Below, in pieces: positions 1 through 15,044 of a stretch of 64,000 nt of DNA. The translations under genes and the position numbers were made by a program. The notes beneath the pieces are model-generated. The model searched no databases and was not told the DNA's origin. It saw nothing but the letters and a program-made list of their open reading frames with translations. Location: NCBI RefSeq assembly GCF_009914755.1, contig NC_060935.1. One strand, written 5' to 3'. Numbering within the stretch: position 1 is the stretch's first letter; every line of letters begins with the position of its first letter. This DNA comes from the human T2T-CHM13v2.0 reference genome, Homo sapiens.

Positions 1-382
1 ACTAATGCTTACCACTATGTCTGCTGCATAATAGGTGATTTACAAATGATTGTTTATTCTGCACTCTTCTGGAAATTTAATATAATCTAGGTTGTAGCAT
101 TATGGAGCACAGACCAATCAACAGATTGAACTCACAAAAGGAATCTTTAATTGATGATTTGCCTTTCCTGTCATGAATTGAATTACTCAAAATACACATC
201 TTATAATTTATGGAAAAGTAAGAAAAGTTCCAAGGTAAGAAAGGAAAAAACATACTTTGAAAATAAAAAGAACATCTGGTTGTTGTTTAGATTCTGTTTA
301 GAATGTGAACAGTGATTTGGGTGCTTCTAATAAATAGTTAGGAGTCTACCTGTCAATGTCTTTTAACGTTATTTTTATTCCT

Positions 383-525
383 TTTAGAGATGAGGTCTCA
401 CTGCCCAGGTCTGAGTGCAGTGGCATGATCCCAGCTCACTGCAGCCTCGAACTCCTGGGCTCAAGTGATCCTCCTGCCTCAGTCTCCTAAGTAGCTGGGA
501 CTACAGGTGAGCACCATCATGTCTG
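383..525 (-). mobile_element. Alu monomer (FRAM/AluJ-like)
   Basis: gcagcctcgaactcctgggctcaagtgatcctcctgcctcag...gctgggactacagg. Confidence 0.85.
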
Positions 526-820
526 TCTCTTAATGCGTTTTTAAAAACAAAGGAAACAGATAAAACAGATTGGAGAACCAAACTACAGGAGGAAATAACT
601 GATGACCAGCATGTTCACTTCAATTACTCGACATATGCATATATCTCTGAGCCCCAGTGCCTTGCTTTCCACAGAGCAGTAAGAATTATTTGAAGTACCG
701 GTAAATTAGCCTTGTTAAGGAAATTCATGAAGAACTGGTGAAGTAGCTAGTCTGGCGGTGGGCATGGAAGGGAGGGAAGAATTCGACATGTTATTTCTCT
801 TCTGCTAAAAACAGGGAGTG

Positions 821-1143
<323 letters not shown>

Positions 1144-1769
1144 CTAGAAAATACCAATGCATAAAATGAACTTCTCTGCCCTGATAATAAAGGGGGCAGG
1201 GGAATAAAAGCAGAAGAATTATCACATGATCTACTCAGTATTTTTTGACTGCTTTCAGTGATCTCAGTCTCCCCTTCCTCAGCACCCCGTCAGCACTGTA
1301 AGCACACCATGCACAGGACATGTTGCACTATGATTGTAATTAAGACACGGAGAGATATATCTCCCTATATCTCTAGCCCATTATAGAATGACTGGCACAC
1401 AGTAAGCTCTCAGTAAATATGGAATATAAAATGAGTGGGTCAATGTGAAGATAAAATTTAAGAGCTATAAGATGAAGTGCAAGCACAACCATGTCCAAAA
1501 TAAGGAAAAGTGAGAGCTCAATTAGATCTAGATTCTGGGCTGGGTCTAATGGGACAGGAAGGGGTAAAAAAGAGTGTTCAGTATGAATCTTCCATCCTTC
1601 ATGAAGATGCTAAAGTCCTGACACTGAGTTATGCACACAGAGTTGGAATCTGGCCCTGGGGAAAACCCAAGGCTGACATATCCTTGTCTGGTCTGCTTAC
1701 TTCGACTTCATTTTCTATTTCTGGTTATAGTGGTCCCAAGACACACGACCCAATGGAAGGAATATAGAA

Positions 1770-1920
1770 CTGCAAGTTAAGAGACATAGGTTCTCCACTT
1801 AGCTTTGTCACAGTGACCTTGGACAAGACATTTCACCTCTCAGATCCTTAGCTGCCTCAACTATAAAATGAGAGGATTACACTAGATGAACTTTCAAGTT
1901 CCCTCCAGGGAAATTCTAGA
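1770..1920 (+). mobile_element. MIR
   Basis: MIR core gtgaccttggacaag...ctataaaatgag. Confidence 0.65.
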
Positions 1921-2779
1921 ATTGCATAGTTCCTCTCTCTGTCTAGATTCCATTCTCTTACAAGAATATTTTCTTAACAGCTACGATTTAGATGGAATTT
2001 GGATTTAGAAAATAAATACAGCATCTTAGCTGATGTTGAAGAAAAAATAGAGTCTGAATATACACAATGGGAGAAGGGAGATGTGAAGAGTCTCAGCACG
2101 GTGAAATTCATCATAGCAGATTGGGTCATGAAAAGGGGATTCCCATTTAGCTATCTACACATCTCCCGATGCTTGATGAAACCAAGAAAATTTGACAAGG
2201 TTTTTGGGCAACAAGAAAGCATGTTGTTGTGAAGGGACAAGAATTATTCATCCCATTTCATAGAAAGGAAAACTGAAGCCCAGAAAAGATAGATAACTCA
2301 TTCAAGACCACACTGTGATGGCGAAGCCAACTTCCCACCCAATTATGTTGTCTGAATTTGTCAACAAAGAAATCACCACTGCTTCCAATGAGCATGGTGC
2401 CACAGCCCAATAAAACTGGGCAGCCCCAGAGCCAGCTTCAGTCTCATGACCTCTGCTGCAATCAGACCTGCTCAAAATTTCTGTAATGTTTATTGCTAGA
2501 AAAAGTAACTGCATGAATGACCCATAGAGGCTCCTTAGAAGACTTCCTGCGGTCAAGATGCTTTCGCTGGCCTTGGGTCAAGAAATCCGGTTTCCATTCC
2601 ATTGTCTGTCACTTGAGGCTCTTGCATATTAATTTCCTTCTCTAGTCATCAAAAAACTTTTGAGAGAAACTTATAAAATGTAAAACGATCCCAGATCAAT
2701 ATATATGAAATATTATTCGAAGAGTTTTGTCTGGCGTTACCAATTATCTGAAGAAATTATTCTTATCTGCTTTTTAAAT

Positions 2780-2965
2780 CACACAAAGACACACACGCAC
2801 ACACATATATAATACATATAATTTATATTTAAATGTTTATAATAGTGTATATACACACACATAGACACTGTTCTTATAAAAATTATATATATGTGTATGT
2901 GTATGTATAATGTGTATGTGTGTATATATATGTCTATATGTATATGATAGATAAGTATGTATTTA
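2780..2965. repeat. (TA)/(TG)/(CA) low-complexity tract
   Basis: Degenerate dinucleotide repeats. Confidence 0.8.
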
Positions 2966-4372
2966 TATCTCTTCCAGTCTAGCTGGGAAATCTGTTTCAC
3001 AATCAACTGCTGCTCTGTTCTCGGACTTGATATATAGCCAAGCAAGCCATTCTCGATTAACACTGCTCCCTCCTGGGGAAAGTCACAGAATAACTTTATT
3101 GATTTCTCTTTACCCTTCTCCACATTTCTCTGCTGAAATGTTGTCTTAACTCTTCAATGCAAAAGCAAAAGGAAGTGAAAATGAAAATAAAGAGCTTTGC
3201 TTCTTTAGGGCAATGTTAATTATATTTTTCTTACTTCCTAAACAAAATTTTCTTCAAACAACAGCATATCCATGAAGGATCTCTATATGGTAAAGAAAAG
3301 AGAGGATGACATACTTCCCATGGTTTCTAGACAGCAGATTTCTTTACGCTGAAACCTGTGCTTTACCCACAATGCTGGACTCAGAACTACACGAACCTAA
3401 GCGTATTCTCTTATGATTTGGCCAGCCATCTTTGAGAACCGCTAAGACAATTTGGCAAACAGTCCTTCCACTGTTTTCCAACACACTAGAATATAAGGAA
3501 AGTTTGTTTCTTGTCAGTTTTTTCTACCTCAAAAGATCCCAGGCATGATTAAGTTTTTGCCTTTTCTTTCTCTTTCTCTTTTCTTTCTTCTACAGAAAAT
3601 TCTTTACTTTAACAGCTTCAGGATCACTGATGCCATTTAGGAGTTTCTCCGATGCAATTGAGAAATGCAAAAGGGAGGTTCTATAGGCAGGGTCTTTTCT
3701 GCCTGGAGCTTTTAAGATCACTGAGGAAAAATAACTCAGATTCTCACTCTTTCTCTCCTCCCAGCTTCTGAGCTGCCCTGCGGGCTCAGTTCTCACTGTG
3801 GGTAGGTATGGGTCAGGGTAGTGGAAAGAAAGCAGAGAAGGGGACACTAGAATAGCTTAAAGTAAAAGCTCTGAAACACCTTTTCCATTTCCTTTTCCTT
3901 TTTTCCCCACAGATTTAGTTCTACTCACTCTAATAACAGAGTTCATAAAAGATTACTGGAATTTCTATTTCTTTCAGTTCCACAGGTTTTTTTTTTTTGT
4001 AAAGGGAAAGAAAGGTTAGACTTATTTACAACACAATGACAATCTCTGATTCTTCACTTTAAGCAAATAAAGACGCCTAGTGAAATAAATGGATTGTGTT
4101 ATTTAAAATTGAAAGCTTATGTGAACCACCACTCAGAAACATGCTTAAAAAATACAGAAAGAAAATGAAAACCCTGTGACTACACAAGATTATTCTGATG
4201 CCAAATGCTGAGTGTACAACTAAGTAGAGTAATTGTTAATAATATGACAAGTACCTACTTCCAATGTACAAATGAAATACACTCAAAACTGCAAAGGACA
4301 GTGGCACTGTACGCTGCCCTAAGGTTTACCATCACATAGCTTTTTGTTTTTTCATGAATTTGCAAGATTTGT

Positions 4373-4430
4373 TTTAATTAAATGCCATTTACTTTTAACT
4401 AGCCAGTTTATCCTTTTTAAAAATTTTATT
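4373..4430 (-). terminator. Candidate poly(A) signals for BLID (AATAAA 4425-4430; ATTAAA 4373-4378)
   Basis: Plus-strand tttatt and tttaat lie 170-230 nt past the BLID stop codon. Confidence 0.5.
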
Positions 4431-4602
4431 GTTTCTCTGCACAATTTGAACCAAATTTGGAAAAGTTATGGGTAAAAGTGGGTAGAAAAGACTGTTAAGA
4501 ATTGGGTCTTATTGAAATCAAGTTTCCTTCTGTGTTGTGCAGCCTGAATAATGGGCGAAATCTGTCCTAATATCTTGCTGCATCTGTCCTAACTCACTCC
4601 TT

Positions 4603-4929
4603 TTACAGGGCCTCAGCAGAGGAATTGCATAACAATGTAACTTGTATCCTGGTTAAATAGGAAGGTCTCTGAAGCACATGTCCAGGAACATTCCGCTTCA
4701 TGGCAGAGGAGCCAAGATTGTACCTTTTAAGAGAAAGCACTGTTTCCTTAGGCAACATAGGTTCTTTGTTGGAACCCAAGAGCGCCTCCAGTGGCAGGCG
4801 TGCTTTTGCCTCTGGATAAATGGAACTGCCAGAGGCTCGCTCTATCCATCCTGTGTAGAGCACACACTCAGATTCTAGGATCTCAAAGAAATGTATTTCC
4901 TGGCCCTCTATAGGCAACAAAGTCACCAT
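4603..4929 (-). CDS. BLID: BH3-like motif containing, cell death inducer (BRCC2), 108 aa, intronless
   Basis: ORF MVTLLPIEGQEIHFF...NSSAEAL recognised as BLID. BH3-like LPIEGQEI at aa 5-12; good Kozak context (A at -3, G at +4); expected position downstream of let-7a-2. Confidence 0.93.
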   Translation of the reverse strand: MVTLLPIEGQEIHFFEILESECVLYTGWIERASGSSIYPEAKARLPLEALLGSNKEPMLPKETVLSLKRYNLGSSAMKRNVPGHVLQRPSYLTRIQVTLLCNSSAEAL

Positions 4930-6569
4930 AATTTGAAGCTATTATGGAAGAAAGTCCAAAATTTAACTTCCATTCGCTTTATTCAGCAAGTTTTTATAAG
5001 GCAGATCTCATATGGACTATGCTTTGCATAAGCACGGTGTTAGATGGGAAGAAAAAAGTGGTGGGATCCTTCCTCCTCTTCCTTTCTTCCCAGCTCCTGC
5101 TATTCATGGAATTTCCCTTGATTTCAAGTGGCTACTCACCAAAATCCTCAACTGAAAACAGCTTCCAAGGGGTCATGTACTTATTCAATTCTCTTCTCTC
5201 TTTTCTCCAAACACAACATCATCTGACCAAGGTTTGCATGCATAAGCATTGCTAATTAACGATAAGTCTCCACGATGTCCTCCTCTCAGTAAGTTTGACA
5301 CACAGACCTCAGCGAAGCTGTATGTACTGCCTAAAAGTAGGAAAGATCTCCACGTTGATTTCTGAATTGTAAAAGGCAGGGATATGTTTTGGACTTCTTG
5401 TCCCTTACTGTGAACAGACCTAAGAGTACTTACTTTATTTTTTAGAAAGAACCCGGAGCTGCTGATGTCTGAGGGAGTCGTTTCAACAGAGACTAGAATA
5501 TCGAGAGAGAAAATTGATCCAGCTCTCTTGTCTGGTGCTTATAAAACATGAAAGTATCACCCTCGCCATGGCAGACCACAGGGAATGATCAGTGTGAATT
5601 GTTAAGTCCTCTTCTCAGTGATGCTTGCAAGCAATTTCCCTGGGGAAGCAACAAGTTCCTGACCACAGTGTTGTACACAAATAAATAAACAAAATGCTAT
5701 TACTTTTTGTTCTTCACATTGGGAAAAGTTCAGAAACATCTTGTTTCAATTGATGGGCTGGAATTACAGAAACATTTTAATTTTGTCTTTCCTTGCTAGT
5801 TCTGTGCCTGAGATGTATTGGTAAAATGGAACATGAGTCATATTTCTAATTGGGAAAAGCCTGGTAATCATGGGCAACCCAGATCTGGGTGACTTACAGA
5901 GTATTTTTGTGTTGAGAGAGAAAAGACACTAAAAGTAGAAGTTTCTTACTTAGCAGCAGCAGAGAGGCTATAAGATTGAATCTGGTGTTTCACATGGCCT
6001 GTATCATGGTATAATGAGAAGGAATGTGTCTTGCACAAATTAGCCTATAGACCTTTCTAATCAGGACCAATATGTGACATATACAAAGGCAAGATCAGCT
6101 GTAAGGAAGGATTCACTCCTTTACCACCAAGCCATGGAGACTGCTTGAGTCACCATGGCCTTGGTCTCTTGATTTCCCTTATGTTATTTGAGTAGAAACT
6201 CAGGCACCAATGATGCCCCCAGTTAACCATAACCATAATGGTAGCATCCAATACCATTTTTTAAAAAGTCAGGGTTGTAGACAAAAGACTGATGTAGACC
6301 AGTGGAGAAGACAAGAGGGAGTTATGCAGCCTACTCTGAGAGCAAAGTCTGGTTTGGATCTTCTCTGCTACTTTTGTACATTTCATGCTAGAGGCAGAAC
6401 AAGTATCCAGGGAACACTTTGGAACTTTCCTAAATTTACAGAGGGGCCTGTAACATTCAATTAGGGGGAACACAGAATGTTCTACTCTAGCAAAATTTAT
6501 AGGTAGTATAAGAAATTCCATCAAGTGTCTTGTGGAAAACTGAATGCATAAAAGTAAGGATGTGGATAA

Positions 6570-6770
6570 TGGGATCATTCAATATAGATTTCAAACCAAA
6601 GTCCGCTGCTTAATAACTCTGAACTTGGGCAGAGTACTTAACCTTACTGAACATCAGATTCTTTATTTGTAAAATGGGGACCATAATATCTTCTTTGCTC
6701 AATTATTTGGGGGATTAATGAGGGAAGGAATATAAATTATCACAAGATCTGGTATATAGTAAGAACTTTG
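6570..6770 (+). mobile_element. MIR
   Basis: ttgggcagagtacttaacctt...tgtaaaatgggga...tggtatatagtaag. Confidence 0.65.
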
Positions 6771-7065
6771 CAATGTTTTTTTCCTCTCTTTATTGATGAA
6801 TGCTTTCCAGATTTCTATTTGGCCTCTTCTCTTTGAGTTTATAGAATACTAATTTTCTGTACTTTGTGGCAAATCTATTCAATTTAACAGTTTTTAAAAT
6901 TTATTATAATGTGAGACATGGAATATGAAGAATAAATAATGCATACCATTTTTATAAAAGAGACTCATAATCTACTGAGAAAGCTAGAAACATGCTGGGT
7001 CACTATACATTAGACAAGGTTAAGTGGAATAATTTGGTTATTTAAACATTTGGGAGAAGGGGTGA

Positions 7066-7505
<440 letters not shown>

Positions 7506-8066
7506 TAGGCCCTTAATTTAGTACAGGAAGAGACATGTGAACAAACTTCAACAGAAGATGGAGAGAACAAATGATACTGAGTAAAGAAGTAACTCGAAGG
7601 ACAAGAAATCACTTTTGTTGGTAGTGTCAGGGAAGGTTTCACAGAGGAGAAAATATCTAGGCTAGATATACAAAAATAACTAGGTTAGTAACTTAGATAA
7701 AATGGACAAATTCACTGAAAAATACAACCTACTAAAACTGACACAGATATAACAGAAAACCTAAATAGCACTATATTTATTAGGGTAATTCAATTCATTA
7801 TCTAGACCTTTCCACACAGAAAATTTTAGCTTCAAATGGTATCACTGGTGATTTGAATCAAAATATTCAAGTACAAAATGACACTAGTCTTATAAAATTC
7901 TTCAAAAAATAGAGGAACAGGGAATTCTTGACAACTTATTTTTTTTTTATCAAATCAGGCAAAAAAGTTACATAACAATTATAAACCAATATTCTGCATA
8001 AGCATAGAGGCAAAAATCCTTAACAAGATTTTAATCAAATCTAACAACATACAAAAAATACATCCT

Positions 8067-8387
<321 letters not shown>

Positions 8388-8753
8388 CTAGGGTTTATTC
8401 CAGGAATGTAATTTTGGTTTGATATTCAAAAATCAATCAACATACTTGATATTATCAATAAAATAAATGAGAAAACGTATATCATTATTTCAATACATGA
8501 AGAAAAACTTTGATAAAATTCAACATCTATTGATGATTTATAAATAAAAAACCCACCTCTCAGCGTATCAGGAACAGAGAGGAATTTTCTCAATCTGATA
8601 AAGAACATTCTACAAAAAAATATATTGTTATCTTCATACTTAATGGTGAACTATAATATAATTTTCCCCTAAGATTGAGAACCAAGCAAAGACACCTGCT
8701 CTTACCACTTCTATTCAGCATTGCTCTGGCTATCTTAGTCATTGTAACGAAGC

Positions 8754-8784
<31 letters not shown>

Positions 8785-9045
8785 GCATAAATAGAAAAAG
8801 AAGTAAAACTGCCTCTATTTGTAAGCAGCATAATTGTTCATGTAACCAGAACATCTTAAGGGAATCTACATAACAATGACTAGAGCTACTAACTGCATTT
8901 AGTAAAATACCAAAATACAGGATTAATACACACAAGTCAATTATATTTTTAAATACTAACAGCAAATAAAGGGAAATAAAATTTAAAAATCCACTTATCA
9001 TTATAAAACATAAAACACTCAGAAATAAATTTTCAAAAATATTAA

Positions 9046-9499
9046 TGTAGTGAGTTGCATTGGGTCCCCCAAAAGATATGTCTACCTGGAACTTAGAATG
9101 TGATCTTTTTTTGGGAATAAAATGTTTTTGCACATGTAATTAAGGTAAAGGTCTTATCTTGAATAAGGATGGGCCCTAAATCTAATGACACTGTTCGTAT
9201 AGGAGACAGAAAAGGAGACACTGAAACGCAGAAGAAGAAGATCATGTGAGCATGTGAAGCGAGAGGCAAAGATTGTAGTGATGTGCCTACAAGCTGAGGA
9301 ATGTCAAGGATTGCTGACAACACCCGAAGTTAGGAGAGAGGCACGGAATAGATTCTCCCTCAGAGCTTCCAGAAAGAATCAGCCCAGCCCACACTTTGAT
9401 TTCGGACTTTTGGCTTCTTAAACTAAGGAATAAATTTCTGTTGTTTTTAAACAACCCATATTGTAGTAATTTGTTACAATAGCCCTAAGGAACTAATAA
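9046..9499 (+). mobile_element. MaLR solo LTR (MLT1B/C/D-like)
   Basis: tgtagtgagttg...ccccaaaagatatg...aataaatttctgttgttttta...aggaactaata. Confidence 0.8.
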
Positions 9500-11305
9500 A
9501 ATGTATAAGACCTTTGCAGTGAAAATGTCAAACTGTTGCTGGGGGAAGTTTTAAAAGGTCTGAAGAAATGCAGAGATATACCAGGCTCATAGACTGAAAG
9601 ACTCCAGTATTATTAAGATGTTAATTCTTCTCACATTGGGCCATAAATTCAAAGCAATCCCAATCAAAATTTCAGCATATATTTTTGCTGTTGTTGAAGA
9701 AATGGACAAGTTAATTCTAAAATTTGCATGGAAACACAGTTTCCAGAATTTTCAAAGTAATTCAAAAAGAATGGAGGATTTATACTACTTTATTGCAAGA
9801 TTCACTATATAGGCACAATAACAAAGACAGCGTGGTGTTAAAGAGAGAATAGACAAGCAGATCAATGGAACAGAAAAGAGTCGAAAATAGACCCACACTT
9901 ACGTGGTCAATGGATTTTTTTTTTTGGACAAAAATGCCAAGGAAACTCAATGGGGGTGGAGGGAAGTCATTTCAACAAATGGTGTTAGAACAATTAAATG
10001 ACTATATAGAAAAGAATTAATCCTGATCCTTACCTGATACCATACACAAAAATTAACTCAAGTTAATAATGAACATTGATGTAAAAGCTAAAGTTCTAAA
10101 TCCTTTAGAGAAAAACATAGAAGAAAATCTTCACAACTTTGAGGATAGGCAAAGATAACAAAGATAAGATACCAAAACAAAGAACTATAAGAAAAAAATG
10201 GTAAATTGGACTTGCTGAAAATTTAAAACTTTTGCCCTTTGAAAGTCACTACTAAGAAAAAATACACAACAGGAATTGAGAGAAAATATTTGTAATACAT
10301 ACAATATGACAGACATATTTTGTATATATAAAGGTCTCTTAAAACTCAATAATAAGATAAATAGCATACTAAAAAAGAAAAAGATTCAGACAAACACTTC
10401 ACAGAAGAAGATCTACAAATGGTCAATACATACATAAAAAGATCCTCAAAATCATTAGCCATCAGGGAAATGAAAATTAAAGTCACAATGAGAAATGACT
10501 ACACACCTATTCCAATGACTAAGATAGAATAGACTGACAACTGAAAGTTGAAGATACTGGAACTCACATATGATCTTATGGGAACATAAAATGGTAAACA
10601 ATTTTGGACAACTGGCAGTTCCTTACAAAATTAAATATACATGTAACACATGACCCAATAATCTCCTAGAGTTTACTAAAGAGAAATGAAAATATATGTA
10701 CACAGAAAGACTTGTACACAAATGTTGATAGCTTATCAAAAAACTGGAAACAACCCAATGTCCACCAACTGGTGAATGGATAAACAAACCACGATATATC
10801 CACACTACAATGAAATATTACTCAGCGATAAAAAGGAACAAACTACTTACACATGCAACAACATGGATGAGTCTCAAAACTGGTATTCTGAATGAAAGAA
10901 ACCAGACACAAAAGAGTACATACTGTTTCACTCCATTTATACAGAACTATAGAAAATGCATACAAATGTATGGAGACAAAAATCAGATCAGTGCTTACCT
11001 AGGGCCAGAGCTGGAGGGAGAGATGGACTGCAAAGGATCTCAAGGACACTTTTGGAGATGATGAAGATGGTCTGTGTTTTGAATGGTGGTGGTCTTACGG
11101 ATGTAAGCCCTGTTAAAACTCATCAACTGTATACTTTAAATAAATGCAGTTTTTTGCATATGAATTATATCAGACCTCACATGAGCTTTATAATTTCTCC
11201 ATCTTCCACTGTACACTAGCAAATAACTCTTCATGACAATCCAGAGAGGGATCTGGATTGTTTTTTAATTTATGTTAGTAAACAAATTTGTATATTCTAG
11301 ATTAG

Positions 11306-11508
11306 GGATGAGCAATCTACATCCTTGAGTAAAATCCAGCCTGCTCTGTGTTTTATTGGAATACAGTCATGCTCATTTGTTTACTCTTCTCTATCGTTGC
11401 TTTGTTCACTGTGATAGCCAAGTTGAGTAGTTGCAACAGAGAACATATGGCCCGCAAAGCCTGAAAGATTTACTCTTTGGCCCATCACAGATAAAGTTTG
11501 GTGGCCCT
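11306..11508. mobile_element. MER58A-like hAT DNA transposon
   Basis: gagtagttgcaacagag..atatggcccgcaaagcctgaaa.atttact. Confidence 0.75.
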
Positions 11509-13304
11509 TATTATAGATAATAAAAAGTTAGATGTGTACATGGTAATATTTGCATCAATGTTATGTCAGAAAAAGGAGAATCTGCTTACAAGAATGAGTA
11601 AGAATGGCACATTGGACTTAAAAAAAATCCATGTCCATCAATATGAATCAACAACAAAAAAATGAAAAGAGAAAGAATCAAATATATTTAGCCTTTGGGT
11701 CCTGAAACCACCTTGTATTAATCAACGCTGTTATAGCCAAAAGCTTTAGAGAGACTAAGGTGGAACTTTTTAAAAAGAGCAAGGAAATACCTTATGAATT
11801 CAGCCAAAAATGTCTTGCTGAATTTCCCTTTCTCGGTCATGAAATAAATGGAATCAACTGTCATTTCTATTCACGAGGCAAAATCTGTATCTCAGTTTGG
11901 TGAATAGTTACTTATCAAACTATGCTCAATGCCCAATTTCCTTCAAATATAATAAAATCGCCTCAGTTAAGGGTGGGGAGGGGACAATGTGTGATAGTGG
12001 AAAGAGATATGTCTTTGGGGAAAAAAAGCTCAGCGCTGGATCCTGGCACTACCATTATGAATAATTGTGTGATGTTGGGCAAGCTGCTCAAAACCATGGC
12101 TTCCTCATCTGTAAAATGGAAATAACATTTCCTCATTTATGGGGTTGTTGGGAAGTTTAAATGTGGAATGAAACAAAACCCCAAACACAAAGTAGCCAAT
12201 CCATAAATAGCATGTCTCCCCTTCCCCATCACCATTGCAATGGCAATCTTATTATTTAAGATGAATTTCGTCTCAACATCCCAAGGTGATATTGACTGTT
12301 ACTGCTCTAGAAAGTATTTTTAAGGTGTTTATTTGGGGGAAGAGACTGATTAATTTCTAAATTTGGCTTTAATTCAATTTTTACATAAATATATCATCTT
12401 TGTCTCTTCCTAGAGAAGCATGTTGTGCTTCTACGTGTTGTGAAATACCTGCTATGTTTTCCTAATAACTCTATATCCCCTATACTGATTATGCAAGCAT
12501 TTGCAAAAGTAATTTAAAAACCATTTGCTTGGGAGGAAAAAAAGCTTTCTCAAAAGTTTTTTTCTTTTTGTGGTGTTATCAGAATCCTTTTTAAAATTGA
12601 GTGCTCTCATCTTTCTTGAAACAATTTTTCTAAGATAAGAGAAAGACTTTTCAAATACTGCAAGTCACTTCATAATTTTATGGAAGAAATTGCGCAATGA
12701 ACTTAGAAATATTAGGTTCAGTTTCAGCATGCCCCTTAGGTAGGATCAATGATGAGCAAATCTTTGTATCTGTGTTCTTGTCTCACTGAGGAGCAGAATT
12801 TGTCTTTGGACCTCTCTGTGGCTATGAAAATCCGAAAGCCCTAGAGCCACTTGTGCCAGCAAACAGCATAACATCTCCCATCCCTAAGAGTGATTTTCAC
12901 CTTTGCTTGTTAATATATCCACATTTATCACCTGCCTTTAGAATTTGGAAACCTATCTACTTGCTTAGACTTGTTCCTCTCTTGTAAATTACTCCTCTGT
13001 AGGTGCACTTTAATTTGCTGCCACCAAACCCCTCTTGCTTAATTAAACTACAAGTCTTGTTCCTTCTAAACAGCCCTGGCCTGTTGTTATCCATATCCCA
13101 GCATGACATTGAGCCCTTGGTCCTTCCTGGGTTCTAGTTTAACCATGTATGAAATGGGAATGTTGTGTTCTTGGGCGCTCTGCACAAATGTACTAAAGAC
13201 AATAAAAGGAGATACAAACACTATTCTAATTTTCCAGAAGAACAGATTTTCTTATTGCTGACATTACTAAAGGTAATCTGAATGGTGGCTTTAATCAACC
13301 ATTT

Positions 13305-14149
13305 CTTTTTTAATTTTATTTTAAGTTCAGGGATACATGTGCAGGACATGCAGGTTTGTTAGAGGTAAACATGGGTTGCTGCACATATCAACCCATCACC
13401 TAGATATTAAGCCCCACATGTATTAGCTATTTACCCTGATGCTCACCCTCCCCCTGCCCCCCCACCGCCCTGACAGGCCCCATTGTGTGTTGCTCCCCTC
13501 CCTGTGTCCATGTGTTCTTACTGTTCGGCTCCCACTTATAAATAACATGCAGTGTTTGGTTTTCCGTTCCTGTGTTAGTTTGCTGAGAATAATGGCTTCA
13601 AGCTCCAGCCATGTCCTTGCAGAGGACATAATCTTGTTCCTTTTTATGGCTACATAGTATTTCATGTGTATATGTACCACACTTTCTTTATCCAGTCTAT
13701 CATTGATGGGCATTTGGGTTGATTCCATGTCTTTGCTATTGTGAATAGTGCTGCAGTGAACATATGCGTGCATGTATCTATAATAGAATGATTTATATTT
13801 CTTTGGGTGTATGACCAGTAATGAGATTGCTGGGTCAAATGATATTTCTGGTTCTAGGTCTTTGAGAAATCACTACACTGTCTTCCACAATGGTTGAACT
13901 AATTTACATTCCCACCAACAGTGTAAAAGCATTCCTATTTCTCCACAGCCTTATTAGCATCTGTTGTTTCTTGACTTTTTAATAATCGCCATTCTGACTG
14001 GCATGAGATGGTATCTCATTGTGGTTTTGATTTCCATTTATCTAATGATCAGTGATGTTGAGATTTTTTTCACGTGTTTCTTGGCCACATAAATGTCTTC
14101 TTTTGAGAAGCATCTGTGCTCATCCTTTGCCCACTTTTTAATGGGGTTG
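13305..14149 (-). mobile_element. L1PA 3' end, 5'-truncated
   Basis: L1PA 3'UTR and ORF2 end; TSD taatcaa(a)ccatttct. Confidence 0.92.
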
Positions 14150-14748
14150 TAATCAAACCATTTCTATAATATTTCAAAATAGTCAATCTAGAAGTTATCA
14201 TAATTTTTAAATCTTACTATATTTTCTTTAAAATAGCAAGTGGCATGGAGAAAGGAGAGTATCTATATGAACATACCCAGAAGAATCTAAAAATAGAAAA
14301 GAAAGAAAAAAAAGCTACATATTGCTGGACACATGAAAAGCCCACCTGACTACTGATAAGGACTCACAAGTAACCATCAAGAAGCTTAACACAAAACCGG
14401 AAGCAGTGAGCCAATCATGGCATGTCTTAATCTTTCAGTAATAAAAGTTGCGATTTTCAAAGTGACTCTTTCTCTTTTCTGTCTCTATCCAGAGTGGTGT
14501 GCCTAGCCTCCTCTGAAGTGCTTGGCTCTCCTGAGCACCATGCTGGGACTTACTGGGGATAGCACTTTTCAGAAGCACTGAATACAACAGTATTCCCAGT
14601 TAGTGAAATGAAAACAATTTGTCTCTGGTTTAAGAAAGTGGCCTGCTGTGAAATTAACAAAATATTGTATGTGTTTGTGTATATTTTGAATAAGGCACTC
14701 AAGATTGGTGTAGAATGTCTTTATTTTCATAACGTCATGTTAAGCTAA

Positions 14749-15044
<296 letters not shown>

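Noticed and set aside
4944-5255. 103-aa plus-strand ORF head-to-head with BLID
   Set aside because: No recognisable homology or supporting signals; length is compatible with chance.
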